DNA of 64,000 nt from Eledone cirrhosa (Eukaryota): positions 139,748,001-139,812,000 of the forward strand of contig OZ024743.1 in NCBI GenBank assembly GCA_964016885.1, given 5' to 3'. The notes beneath the pieces were generated by a model that ran no database searches, was not told where the DNA came from, and saw nothing but the letters and a program-made list of their open reading frames with translations. The position numbers were made by a program, and so were the translations under genes. Shown piece by piece: positions 16,200-29,699 of this stretch (its first letter is position 1; the number at the start of each line of letters is the position of its first letter).

Positions 16200-19100
16200 C
16201 ACCAAACACCAAGCACGCAGCACCAAACACCAAGCACCAAGCACCAAACACCAAACACCAAGCACCAAGCACCAAGCACCAAACACCAAACACCAAACAC
16301 CAAGCACCAAGAACCAAACACCAAACACCAAACAGCAAGCACCAAGCACCAAACACCAAGCACCAAACACCAAACCCCAAGCACCAATCACCAAACACTA
16401 ATCAACAAGCACCAAGCACCAAACACGAAGCACCAAGCAGCAAGCACCAAACACCAAGCACCAAGCACCAAGCACCAAGCACCAAACACCAAGCACCAAG
16501 CACCAAACACCAAACCCCAAGCACCAAAGACCAAGCACAAAGCACCAAGGACCAAACACCAAGCACCAAGCACCAAGCACCAAACACCAAGCACCAAGCA
16601 CCAAACACCCAGCACCAAGCACCAAGCACCAAACACCAAGCACCAAGCACCAAACACCAAACACCAAACACCAAGCACCAAGCACCAAACAGCAAGCACC
16701 AAACACCAAACAACAAACAGCAAACGCCAAACACCAAGCACCAAGCACCAAGCACCAAACACCAAGCACCAAGCACCAAGCACAAATCAGCAAACACCAA
16801 GCACCAAGGACCAAACATCAAACACCAAGCACCAAGCACCAAACACCAAACACCAATCACCAAGCACCAAGCACAAAGCACCGAACACCAAGCACCAAGC
16901 ACCAAGCACCAAACACCAAGCACCAAACACCAAGCACCAGGCACCAAGCACCAAACACCAGGCACCATGCACCAAACACCAAGCACCAAGCACGAAGCAC
17001 CAAACACCAAGCACGAAACACCAAACACTTAACACCAAGCACCAAGCACCAAGCACCAAGCACCAAGCACCAAACACCAAACACCAAGCACCAAGTATCA
17101 AACACCAAGCACCAAGCACCAAACACCAAGCAGCAAGCACCAATCACCAAACACCAAGAACCAAGCACCAAACACCAACTACCAAGCACCAAGTACATAC
17201 ACCAAGCACCAAACACCAAACACAAAACACCAAGCACCAAACACCGAGCACCAAACACCAGATACCAAGCACCAAGCACCAAACACCAAACACGAAGCAC
17301 GCAACATCAAACACCAAGCACCAAGCACCAAGCACCAAGCAACAAACACCAAGCACCAAGCACCAAGTACCAAACACCAACCACCAAGCACCAAACACCA
17401 AACACCAAGCTCCAAGCACCAAGCACGAAACACCAGGCACCAAGCACCAAGCACCAAACACCAAGCACCAAACACCAAACACCAAGCACCAAGTATCAAA
17501 CACCAAGCACCAAGCACCAAACACCAAGCAGCAAGCACCAATCACCAAACACCAAGAACCAAGCACCAAACACCAACCACCAAGCACCAAGTACATACAC
17601 CAAGCACCAAACACCAAACACAAAACACAAAACACCAAGCACCAAGCACCAAGCACGAAACACCAAGCCCCAAGCACCAAGCACCAAACACCAAACACCA
17701 AGCACCAAACACAAAACACCAAGCACCAAGCACCAAGCAGCACACACCCAGCATCAAACACCAAACACCAAACACCAAGCACCAAACACCAAACACCAAA
17801 CACCAAGCACCAAGCACCAAGCACCAAACACCAGACACCAAGCACCAAACACCAAGCACCAAGCACCAAGCACCAAACACCAAACAACAAGCACCAGGTA
17901 CCAAGCACCAAACACCAAAAACCAAACACCAAGCACCAAGCACCAAGCACCAAACACCAAACACCAAGCACCAAGCACCAAGCACCAAACACCAAACAGC
18001 AAACACCAAACACCAAACAGCAAAAACCAAATACGAAACAGCAAACACCATACAGCAAACACCAAACACCAAAAAGCAGACACCAAACACCAAACACCAA
18101 ACACCAAGCACCAAGCACCAAGCACCAACCACCAAACCCCAAGCACCAAGCAACACACACTAATCACCAAGCACCAAGCACCAAACAACAAGCACCAAGC
18201 ACCAAGCACCAAACACCAAGCACCAAGCACCAACCACCAACCACCCAGAACCTAGCACCAAGCACCAAACAGCAAGCACCAAACACCAAACACCAAACAC
18301 CAAGCACCAAGCACCAAGCACCAAACACCAAGCCCCAAGCACCAAGCACCAAACACCAAACACCAAGAACCAAGCACCAAACACCAAGCACCAAGCACCA
18401 ATCACAAAGAAAGAAACAACAAGCAGCAAGCAGCAAGCACCAAACACCAAACACCAAGCACCAAACACCAAGCACCAAACACCAAACACTAAGTCCCACG
18501 CACCAAGCACCAAACACCAAACAGCAAGCACCAAGCACCAAACACCAAGCACCAAGCACCAACCCCCTAGCACCAAACACCAAACACCAAGCACCAAGCA
18601 CAAAAAAACAAGCACCAATCGCCATGCACCAAACACCAAGCAGCAAGCAGCAAGCACCAAACACCAAAACCAAGCACCAAGCACCAAACACCAAACACCA
18701 AGCACCAAGCACCAAACACCTAACACCAAGCACCAAGCACCAAGCACCAAGCACCAAACACCAAGCACCAATCACCAAACACCAAGCACCAAGCACCAAA
18801 CACCAAGCACCAGGCACCAAGCACCAAACACCAAGCACCAAACACCAAGCACCAAGCACCAAACACCAAGCACCAAGACCGAAGCACCAAACACCAATCA
18901 CCAAACTCCAAACACAAAACACCAAGCACCAAGCAGCAAGCACCAAACACCAAAGACCAAGCACGAAGCACCAAATACCAAACACCAAGCACCAAGGACC
19001 AAACATCAAACACCAAGCACCAAGCACCAAACACCTAACACCAAGCACCAAGCACCAAGCCCCAAACACCAAGCACCAAGCACCAAAGACCAAGCACCAA

Positions 19101-20100
19101 GCACCAAGCACCAAACACCAAGCACCAAGCACCAAACACCAAACCCCAAGCACCAAACACCAAACCGCAAGCACCAAGCACCAAATACTAATCACCAAGC
19201 ACCAAGCACCAAACAACAAGCACCAAGCACCAAGCACCAGGCACCAAGCACCAAGCACCAAACACAAAACACCAAGCACCAAGCACCAAGCAGCAAACAC
19301 CAAGCATCAAACACCAAACACCAAGCACGCAGCACCAAACACCAAGCACCAAGCACCAAACACCAAACACCAAGCACCAAGCACCGAGCACCAAACACCA
19401 AACACCAAACACCAAGCACCAAGAACCAAACACCAAACACCAAACAGCAAGCACCAAGCACCAAACACCAAGCACCAAACACCAAACCCCAAGCACCAAT
19501 CACCAAACACTAATCAACAAGCACCAAGCACCAAACACGAAGCACCAAGCAGCAAGCACCAAACACCAAGCACCAAGCACCAAGCACCAAGCACCAAACA
19601 CCAAGCACCAAGCACCAAACACCAAACCCCAAGCACCAAAGACCAAGCACAAAGCACCAAGGACCAAACACCAAGCACCAAGCACCAAGCACCAAACACC
19701 AAGCACCAAGCACCAAACACCCAGCACCAAGCACCAAGCACCAAACACCAAGCACCAAGCACCAAACACCAAACACCAAACACCAAGCACCAAGCACCAA
19801 ACAGCAAGCACCAAACACCAAACAACAAACAGCAAACGCCAAACACCAAGCACCAAGCACCAAGCACCAAACACCAAGCACCAAGCACCAAGCACAAATC
19901 AGCAAACACCAAGCACCAAGGACCAAACATCAAACACCAAGCACCAAGCACCAAACACCAAACACCAATCACCAAGCACCAAGCACAAAGCACCAAACAC
20001 CAAGCACCAAGCACCAAGCACCAAACACCAAGCACCAAACACCAAGCACCAGGCACCAAGCACCAAACACCAGGCACCATGCACCAAACACCAAGCACCA
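16200..20100 (+). repeat. Block of about 0.8 kb repeated at offset 3112 (about 16200-16990 / 19310-20100)
   Basis: Identical ORFs at 16388/19500 and 16398/19510; marker CACAAATCAGCAAA at 16781/19893. Confidence 0.85.
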
Positions 20101-23100
20101 AGCACCAAGCACCAAACACCAAGCACCAAGCACTAAGCACCAAACACCAAGCTCCAAGCACCAAGCACCAAACACCAAACACCAAGCACCAAGCACCAAA
20201 CACCAAGCACCAAGCACCATGCACCTAGCACCAAACACCAAACACCAAGCACCAAGCACCAAACACCAAGCACCAATCACCAAGCACCAAACACCAAGCA
20301 GCAAGCAGCAAGCACCAAACACCAAACACCAAGCACCAAGCACCAAACACCAAGCACCAAGGACCAAACATCAAACACCAAGCACCAAGCACCAAACACC
20401 TAACACCAAGCACCAAGCACCAAGCACCAAGCACCGAACACCAAGCACATAACACCAAGCACCAAACACCAAGCACCAAGCACCAAACACCAAGCACCAA
20501 ACACCAAGCACCAAGCACCAAGCACCAAACACCAAGCACCAGGCACCAAGCACCAAACACCAAGCACCATGCACCAAGCACCAAGCCCCAAACACTTAAC
20601 ACCAAGCACCAAGCACCAAGCACCAAACACCAATCACCAAAAACCAAACACCAAGCACCAAGTACCAAACACCAAGCACCAAGCACCAACCACCAAGCAC
20701 CAAGCACCAATCACCAAACACCAAGAACCAAGCACCATACACCAAGCACCAAGCACCAAGGACCAGGCACCAAGCACCAAGCAGCAAACACCAAGCATCA
20801 AACACCAAACACCAAACACCAAGCACCAAACACCAAGCACCAAGCACCAAACACCAAACACCAAGCACCAAGCACCAAGAACCAAACAACAAACACCAAG
20901 CACCAAACACCAGATATCAAGCACCAAGCACCAAACACCAAACACCAAGCACCAAGCACCAAACACCAAACAACAAGCACCAGGCACCAAGCACCAAACA
21001 CCAAACACCAAGCACCAAACACCAAGCACCAAGCACCAAACACCAAACCACAAGCACCAAACACCAAACCCCAAGCACCAAACACCAAACACCAAACACC
21101 AAGCACGCAGCATCAAAGACCAAGCACCAAGCACCAAGCACCAAACACCAAGCACCAAGCACCAAATACCAAGCACCAAACACAAAGCACCAAGCACCAA
21201 ACACCAAGCACCAAGCACCAAACACCAAGCACCAAGCACCAAACACCAAACCACAAGCACCAAACACCAAACCCCAAGCACCAAGCACCAAACACTAATC
21301 ACCAAGCACCAAGCACCAAACAACAAGCACCAAGCACCAAGCACCAGGCACCAAGCACCAAGCACCAAACACTAATCACCAAGCACCAAGCACCAAGCAC
21401 CAAACACCATGCACCAAGCACCAAGCACCAAAAACCAAGCACTAAGCACCAAACACCAAACACCAAGATCCAAACACCAAGCACCAAGCACCAAGCACCA
21501 ACCACCCAGCACCAAGCACCAAGCACCAAACACCAAGCACCAAACACCAAGCACCAAGCACCAAGCACCAAGCACCAAGCACCAAACACCAAGCACCAAG
21601 CACTAAGCACCAAACACCAAGCCCCAAGTACCAAGCACCAAACACCAAACACCAAGCACCAAGCACCAATCACCAAACACCAAGAACCAAGCACCAAACA
21701 CCAAGCCTTTAGGACCAAGCACCAGGCACCAAGCACCAAGCACCAAACACAAAACACCAAGCACCAAGCACCAAGCAGCAAACACCAAGCACCAAACACC
21801 AAGCACCAAGCACCAAACACCAAACACCAAACACCAAGCACCAAGCACCAAACAGCAAGCACCAAACACCAAACACCAAACAACAAACAGCAAACGCCAA
21901 ACACCAAGCACCAAGCACCAAGCACCAAACACCAAGCACCAAGCACCAAGCACAAATCAGCAAACACCAAGCACCAAGGACCAAACATCAAACACCAAGC
22001 ACCAAGCACCAAACACCAAACACCAATCACCAAGCACCAAGCACAAAGCACCAAACACCAAGCACCAAGCACCAAGCACCAAACACCAAGCACCAAACAC
22101 CAAGCACCAGGCACCAAGCACCAAACACCAGGCACCATGCACCAAACACTAAGCACCAAGCACCAAACACCAAACACCAAGCACCAAGCACTAAGCACCA
22201 AACACCAAGCTCCAAGCACCAAGCACCAAACACCAAACACCAAGCACCAAGCACCAAACACCAAGCACCAAGCACCATGCACCTAGCACCAAACACCAAA
22301 CACCAAGCACCAAGCACCAAACACCAAGCACCAATCACCAAGCACCAAACACCAAGCAGCAAGCAGCAAGCACCAAACACCAAACACCAAGCACCAAGCA
22401 CCAAACACCAAGCACCAAGGACCAAACATCAAACACCAAGCACCAAGCACCAAACACCTAACACCAAGCACCAAGCACCAAGCACCAAGCACCGAACACC
22501 AAGCACATAACACCAAGCACCAAACACCAAGCACCAAGCACCAAACACCAAGCACCAAACACCAAGCACCAAGCACCAAGCACCAAACACCAAGCACCAG
22601 GCACCAAGCACCAAACACCAAGCACCATGCACCAAGCACCAAGCCCCAAACACTTAACACCAAGCACCAAGCACCAAGCACCAAACACCAATCACCAAAA
22701 ACCAAACACCAAGCACCAAGTACCAAACACCAAGCACCAAGCACCAACCACCAAGCACCAAGCACCAATCACCAAACACCAAGAACCAAGCACCATACAC
22801 CAAGCACCAAGCACCAAGGACCAGGCACCAAGCACCAAGCAGCAAACACCAAGCATCAAACACCAAACACCAAACACCAAGCACCAAACACCAAGCACCA
22901 AGCACCAAACACCAAACACCAAGCACCAAGCACCAAGAACCAAACAACAAACACCAAGCACCAAACACCAGATATCAAGCACCAAGCACCAAACACCAAA
23001 CACCAAGCCCCAAGCACCAAACACCAAACAACAAGCACCAGGCACCAAGCACCAAACACCAAACACCAAGCACCAAACACCAAGCACCAAGCACCAAACA

Positions 23101-23855
23101 CCAAACCACAAGCACCAAACACCAAACCCCAAGCACCAAACACCAAACACCAAACACCAAGCACGCAGCATCAAAGACCAAGCACCAAGCACCAAGCACC
23201 AAACACCAAGCACCAAGCACCAAATACCAAGCACCAAACACAAAGCACCAAGCACCAAACACCAAGCACCAAGCACCAAACACCAAGCACCAAGCACCAA
23301 ACACCAAACCACAAGCACCAAACACCAAACCCCAAGCACCAAGCACCAAACACTAATCACCAAGCACCAAGCACCAAACAACAAGCACCAAGCACCAAGC
23401 ACCAGGCACCAAGCACCAAGCACCAAACACTAATCACCAAGCACCAAGCACCAAGCACCAAACACCATGCACCAAGCACCAAGCACCAAAAACCAAGCAC
23501 CAGGCACCAAACACCAAACACCAAGATCCAAACACCAAGCACCAAGCACCAAGCACCAACCACCCAGCACCAAGCACCAAGCACCAATCACCAAGCACCA
23601 AACACCAAGCACCAAGCACCAAGCACCAAGCACCAAGCACCAAGCACCAAACACCAAGCACCAAGCACTAAGCACCAAACACCAAGCCCCAAGTACCAAG
23701 CACCAAACACCAAACACCAAGCACCAAGCACCAATCACCAAACACCAAGAACCAAGCACCAAACACCAAGCCTTTAGGACCAAGCACCAGGCACCAAGCA
23801 CCAAGCACCAAACACAAAACACCCAGCACCAAGCACCAAGCAGCAAACACCAAGC
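19810..23855 (+). repeat. Tandem duplication, period 2058/2065 bp (294-295 units)
   Basis: ORF pairs 20219/22277 and 20569/22627; private markers CAGATATCAAG (about 20911/22969) and CCTTTAG (21706/23771). Confidence 0.92.
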
Positions 23856-23924
23856 ATCAAACACCAAACACCAAACACCAAGCACCATACACCAAGCACC
23901 AAGCACCAAACACCAAACACCAAG

Positions 23925-25670
23925 CACCAAGCACCAAGAACCAAACACCAAACACCAAGCACCATACACCAAACACCAAGCACCAAGCACCAAACACCAA
24001 ACAACAAGCACCAGGCAACAAGCACCAAACACCAAACACCAAGCATGCAGCATTAAACACCAAGCACCAAGCACCAAACAGCAAGCACCAAGCACCAAGC
24101 ACCAAGTACCAAACACCAAACACCAAGCACCAAACACCAATCACCAAGCACCAAGCACCAAGCACGAAACACCAGGCACCAAGCACCAAGCACCAAACAC
24201 CAAACACCAAGCACCAAACACCAGCCACCAAGCACCAAGCACCAAACATTAATCACCAAGCACCAAGCACCAAACACCAAGCACCAAGCACCAAACACCA
24301 AACCCCAACCACCATAGACCAAGCACCAAGCACCAAGGAACAAACACCAAGCACCAAGCACCAAGCACCACACACCAAGCACCAAGCACCAAGCACTAAA
24401 CAGCAAGCACCAAACACCAAACACCAAACAGCAAACACCAAACAGCAAACACCAAACACCAAACAGCAAACAGCAAACGCCAAACACCAAGCACCAAGCA
24501 CCAAGCACCAAACACCAAGCACCAAGCACCAAACACCAAGCACCAAACACCAAACCCCAAGCACCAATCACCAAACACTAATCACCAAGCACCAAGCACC
24601 AAACACCGAGCACCAAACACCAAGCACCAAACACCAAGCACCAAGCACCAAACACCAAACACCAAGCACGAAGCACCAAGAACCAAACACCAAACACCAA
24701 GCACCATACACCAAACACCAAGCACCAAGCACCAAACACCAAACAACAAGCACCAGGCAACAAGCACCAAACACCAAACACCAAGCATGCAGCATTAAAC
24801 ACCAAGCACCAAGCACCAAACACCAAGCACCAAGCACCAAGCACCAAGTACCAAACACCAAACACCAAGCACCAAACACCAAACACCAAGCACCAAGCAC
24901 CAAGCACGAAACACCAGGCACCAAGCACCAAGCACCAAACACCAAACACCAAGCACCAAACACCAGCCACCAAGCGCCAAGCACCAAACATTAATCACCA
25001 AGCACCAAGCACCAAACACCAAGCACCAAGCACCAAACACCAAACCCCAACCACCATAGACCAAGCACCAAGCACCAAGGAACAAACACCAAGCACCAAG
25101 CACCAAGCACCACACACCAAGCACCAAGCACCAAGCACTAAACAGCAAGCACCAAACACCAAACACCAAACAGCAAACACCAAACAGCAAACACCAAACA
25201 CCAAACAGCAAACAGCAAACGCCAAACACCAAGCACCAAGCACCAAGCACCAAACACCAAGGACCAAGACCCAAACACCAAGCACCAAACACCAAACCCC
25301 AAGCACCAATCACCAAACACTAATCACCAAGCACCAAGCACCAAACACCGAGCACCAAACACCAAGCACCAAGCACCAAACACCAAAACCCAACCACCAT
25401 AGACCAAGCACCAAGCACCAAGGAACAAACACCAAGCACCAAGCACCAAGCACCAAACACCAAGCACCAAGCACCAAACACCCAGCACCAAGCACCAAGC
25501 ATCAAACAACAAGCACCAAGCACCAAACACCAAACACCAAACACCAAGCACCAAGCACTAAACAGCAAGCACCAAACACCAAACACCAAACAGCAAACAC
25601 CAAACAGCAAACACCAAACACCAAACAGCAAACAGCAAACGCCAAACACCAAGCACCAAGCATCAAGCAC
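23925..25670 (+). repeat. Tandem duplication, period 742 bp (106 units), plus a partial third copy
   Basis: ORF pairs 24053/24795 and 24253/24995; markers CATGCAGCATTAAA (24044/24786) and CACCATAGACC (about 24310, 25052, 25396). Confidence 0.88.
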
Positions 25671-26779
25671 CAAACACCAAGCACCAAGCACCAAGCACAA
25701 AACACCAAACACCAAGCACCAAACACCAAGCATCAAACACCAAGCACCAAGCACCAAACACCAAACACCAAGCACCAAACACCAAGCACCAAACACCAAG
25801 CACCAAACACGAAACACCAAGCACCAAGCACCAAGCACCAAACACCAAGTACCAAACACCAAGCACCAAACACCAAGTCCCACTCACCAAGCAGCAAACA
25901 CCAAGCACCAAGCCCCAAGCACCAAGCACCAAGCACCAAGCACCAAGCCCCTAGCACCAAACACCAAACACCAAGCACCAAGCACAAAACACCAAGCACC
26001 AATCACCTAGCACCAAACACCAAGCATCAAGCAGCAAGCACCAAACACCAAACACCAAGCACCAAGCACCAAATACCAAACACCAAGCACCAAGGACCAA
26101 ACATCAAACACCAAGCACCAAGCACCAAACGCCTAACACCAAGCACCAAGCACCAAGCACCAAGCACCAAACACCAAGTACCAATCACCATACACCAAGC
26201 ACCAAGCACCAAACACCAAGCACCAGGCACCAAGCACCAAATAACCAAGCACCAAGCACCAAACAGCAAGCACCAAGACCGAAGCACCAAACACCAAGCA
26301 CCAAGCACAAAGCACCAAGCACCAAGCACCAAAAACCGAACACCAAGCACCAAGTACCAAACACCAAGCACTAAGAACCAAACACCAAGCACCAAGCACC
26401 AATCACCAAACACCAAGAACCAAGCACCAAACAGCAAGCACCAAGCACCAAGCACCAGGCACCAAGCACCAAGCAACAGACACAAAACACCAAGCACCAA
26501 GCACCAAGCAGCAAACACCAAGCATCAAACACCAAACACCAAACACCAAGCACCAAACACCAAGCACCAAGCACCAAACACCAAACACCAAGCACCAAGC
26601 ACCAAGCACCAAACACCAAACACCAAGCACCAAACACCAGATACCAAGCACCAAGCACCAAACACCAAACTCCAAGCACCAAGCGCCAAACACCAAACAA
26701 CAAGCACCAGGCACCAAGCACCAAACACCAAACACCAAGCACCAAGCACCAAACACCAAACACCAAGCACGCAGCATCA

Positions 26780-29390
26780 AACACCGAGCACCAAGCACCA
26801 AGCACCAAGCACCAAACACCAAGCACCAAGCACCAAGCACCAAGCCCCAAGCAGCAAGCACCAAACACCAAGCAACAAGCACCAAACACCAAGCACCAAG
26901 CACCAATCACCAAGCACCAAACACCAAGCACCAAAAAATAAGCACCAAGCACCAAACACCAAGCACCAAGCACCAAACACCAACCACCCGGCACCAAGCA
27001 CCAAGCACCAAACACCAACCACCAAACACCAAACACCGAGCACCAAGCACCAAGCGCCAAGCACCAAACACCAAGCACCAAGCACTAAGCACCAAACACC
27101 AAGCACCGAGCACCAAACACCAAGCACCAGGCACCAAGCACCAAACACCAAGCACCTAGCACCAAACACCAAACACCAAGCACCAAGCACCTAGCACCAA
27201 ACACCAAACACCAAGCACCAAGCACCAAACACCAAGCACCAATCACCAAGCACCAAACACCAAGCAGCAAGCACCAAGCACCAAGCACCAAACACCAAGC
27301 ACCAGGCACCAAGCACCAAACACCAAGCACCATGCACCAAGCACCATGCCCCAAACACTTAACACCAAGCACCAAGCACCAAACACCAAGCACCAAAAAC
27401 CAAACACCAAGCACCAACTACTAAACACCAAGCACCAAACACCAAACACCAAGCATCAAACACCAAACACCAAACACCAAGCACCAAACACCAAGCACCA
27501 AGCACCAAACTCCAAACACCAAGCACGAAGCACCAAACAACAAGCACCAAGCACCAAACACCAAACACCAAGCACGCAGCATCAAACACCAAGCACCAAG
27601 CACCAAGCACCAAACACCAAGCACCAAGCACCAAGCACCAAACACCAAACAACAAGCACCAGGCCCCAAGCAGCAAACACGAAACACCAAGCACGCATCA
27701 CCAAGCACCAAGCACCAAACACCAAACACCTAACACCAAGCATCAAGAACCAAACACCAAACACCAAACAGCAAGCACCAAGCACCAAACACCAAGCACC
27801 AAACACCAAACACCAAGCACCAATCACAAAACACTAATCACCAAGCACCAAGCACCAAACACCGAGCACCAAGCATCAAGCACCAAACACCAAGCACCAA
27901 GCACCAAGAATCAAGCACCAAACACCAAGCACCAAGCACCAAACACCAAACCCCAAGCACCAAAGACCAAGCACCAAGCACCAAGGACCAAACACCAAGC
28001 ACCAAGGACCAAGCAACAAACACCAAGCACCAAGCACCAGACACCCAGCACCAAGCACCAAGCACCAGGCACCAAGCACCAAACACCAAACACCAAGCAC
28101 GCAGCATCAAACAGCAAGCACCAAGCACCAAGCACCAAACACCAAGCACCAAACACCAAGCACCAAGTACCAAACACCAAACACCAAGCACCAAACACCA
28201 AACACCAGGCACCAAGCACCAAGCATGAAAGACCATGCACCAAGCACCAAGCACCAAACACCAAACACCAAGCACCAAACACCAGCCACCAAGCACCAAG
28301 CAGCAAACACCAAACACCAGGCACCAAGCACCAAAAACCAAACACCAAGCACGCAGCACCAAACACCAAGCACCAAGCACCAAGCACCAAACACCAAACA
28401 ACAAGCACCAGGTACCAAGCACCAAACACCAAACACCAAGTACCAAGCACCAAACACCAAACACCAAGCACCAAGCACCAAACACCAAGCACCAATCACC
28501 AAGCACCAAACACCAAGCAGCAAGCAGCAAGCACCAAACACCAAACACCAAGCACCAAGCACCAAACACCTAACACCAAGCACCAAGCACCAAGCACCAA
28601 ACACCGAACACCAAGCACCAAACACCAAGCACCAAACACCAAGCACCAAGCACCAAACACCAAGCACCAAACACCAAGCACCAAGCACCAAGCACCAAAC
28701 ACCAAGCACCAGGCACCAAGCACCAAACACCAAGCACCATGCACCAAGCACCAAGCCCCAAACACTTAACACCAAGCACCAAGCACCAAACACCAAGCAC
28801 CAAAAACCAAACACCAAGCACCAACTACTAAACACCAAGCACCAAGCACCAAACACCAAGCACCAAGCACCAATCACCAAACACCAAGAACCAAGCACCA
28901 AACACCAAGCACCAAGGACCAAGCACCAGGCACCAAGCACAAAGCACCAAACACAAAACACTAAGCACCAAACACAAAACACCAAGCACCAAGCACCAAG
29001 CAGCAAACACCAAGCATCAAACACCAAACACCAAACACCAAGCACCAAACACCAAGCACCAAGCAGCAAACACCAAACACCAAGCACCAAGCACCAAGCA
29101 CCAAACACCAAACACCAAGCACCAAACACCAAACACCAAGCACCAAGCACCAAACACCAAACAACAAGCACCAGGCACCAAGCACCAAAAACCAAACACC
29201 AAGCACGCAGCATCAAACAGCAAGCACCAAGCACCAAGCACCAAACACCAAGCACCAAGCACCAAGCACCAAGTACCAAACACCAAACACCAAGCACCAA
29301 ACACCAAACACCAGGCACCAAGCACCAAGCACGAAACACCATGCACCAAGCACCAAGCACCAAACACCAAACACCAAGCACCAAGCACCA
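26780..29390 (+). repeat. Diverged copy of about 2245-4800 (offset about 24.5 kb)
   Basis: ORF pairs 2549/27085 and 2810/27346 (24536), 3953/28496 (24543), 4271/28828 (24557); shared markers CACCATGCCCC and CAACTACTAAA. Confidence 0.85.
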
Positions 29391-29699
29391 ATCACCAAAC
29401 ACCAAGAACCAAGCACCAAACACCAAGCACCAAGGACCAAGCACCAGGCACCAAGCACAAAGCACCAAACACAAAACACTAAGCACCAAACACAAAACAC
29501 CAAGCACCAAGCACCAAGCAGTAAACACCAAGCATCAAACACCAAACACCAAACACCAAGCACCAAACACCAAGCAGCAAACACCAAACACCAAGCACCA
29601 AGCACCAAGCACCAAACACCAAACACCAAGCACCAAACACCAAACACCAAGCACCAAGCACCAAACACCAAACAACAAGCACCAGGCACCAAGCACCAA

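Noticed and set aside
16155-20228. 1357-aa plus-strand ORF, and the 943-aa, 1704-aa (twice) and 717-aa ORFs, as mucin-like or repeat-protein genes
   Set aside because: They are open only because T is nearly absent. All frames give the same peptide, the starts are chance variant units, and there is no non-repetitive domain or flanking signal.
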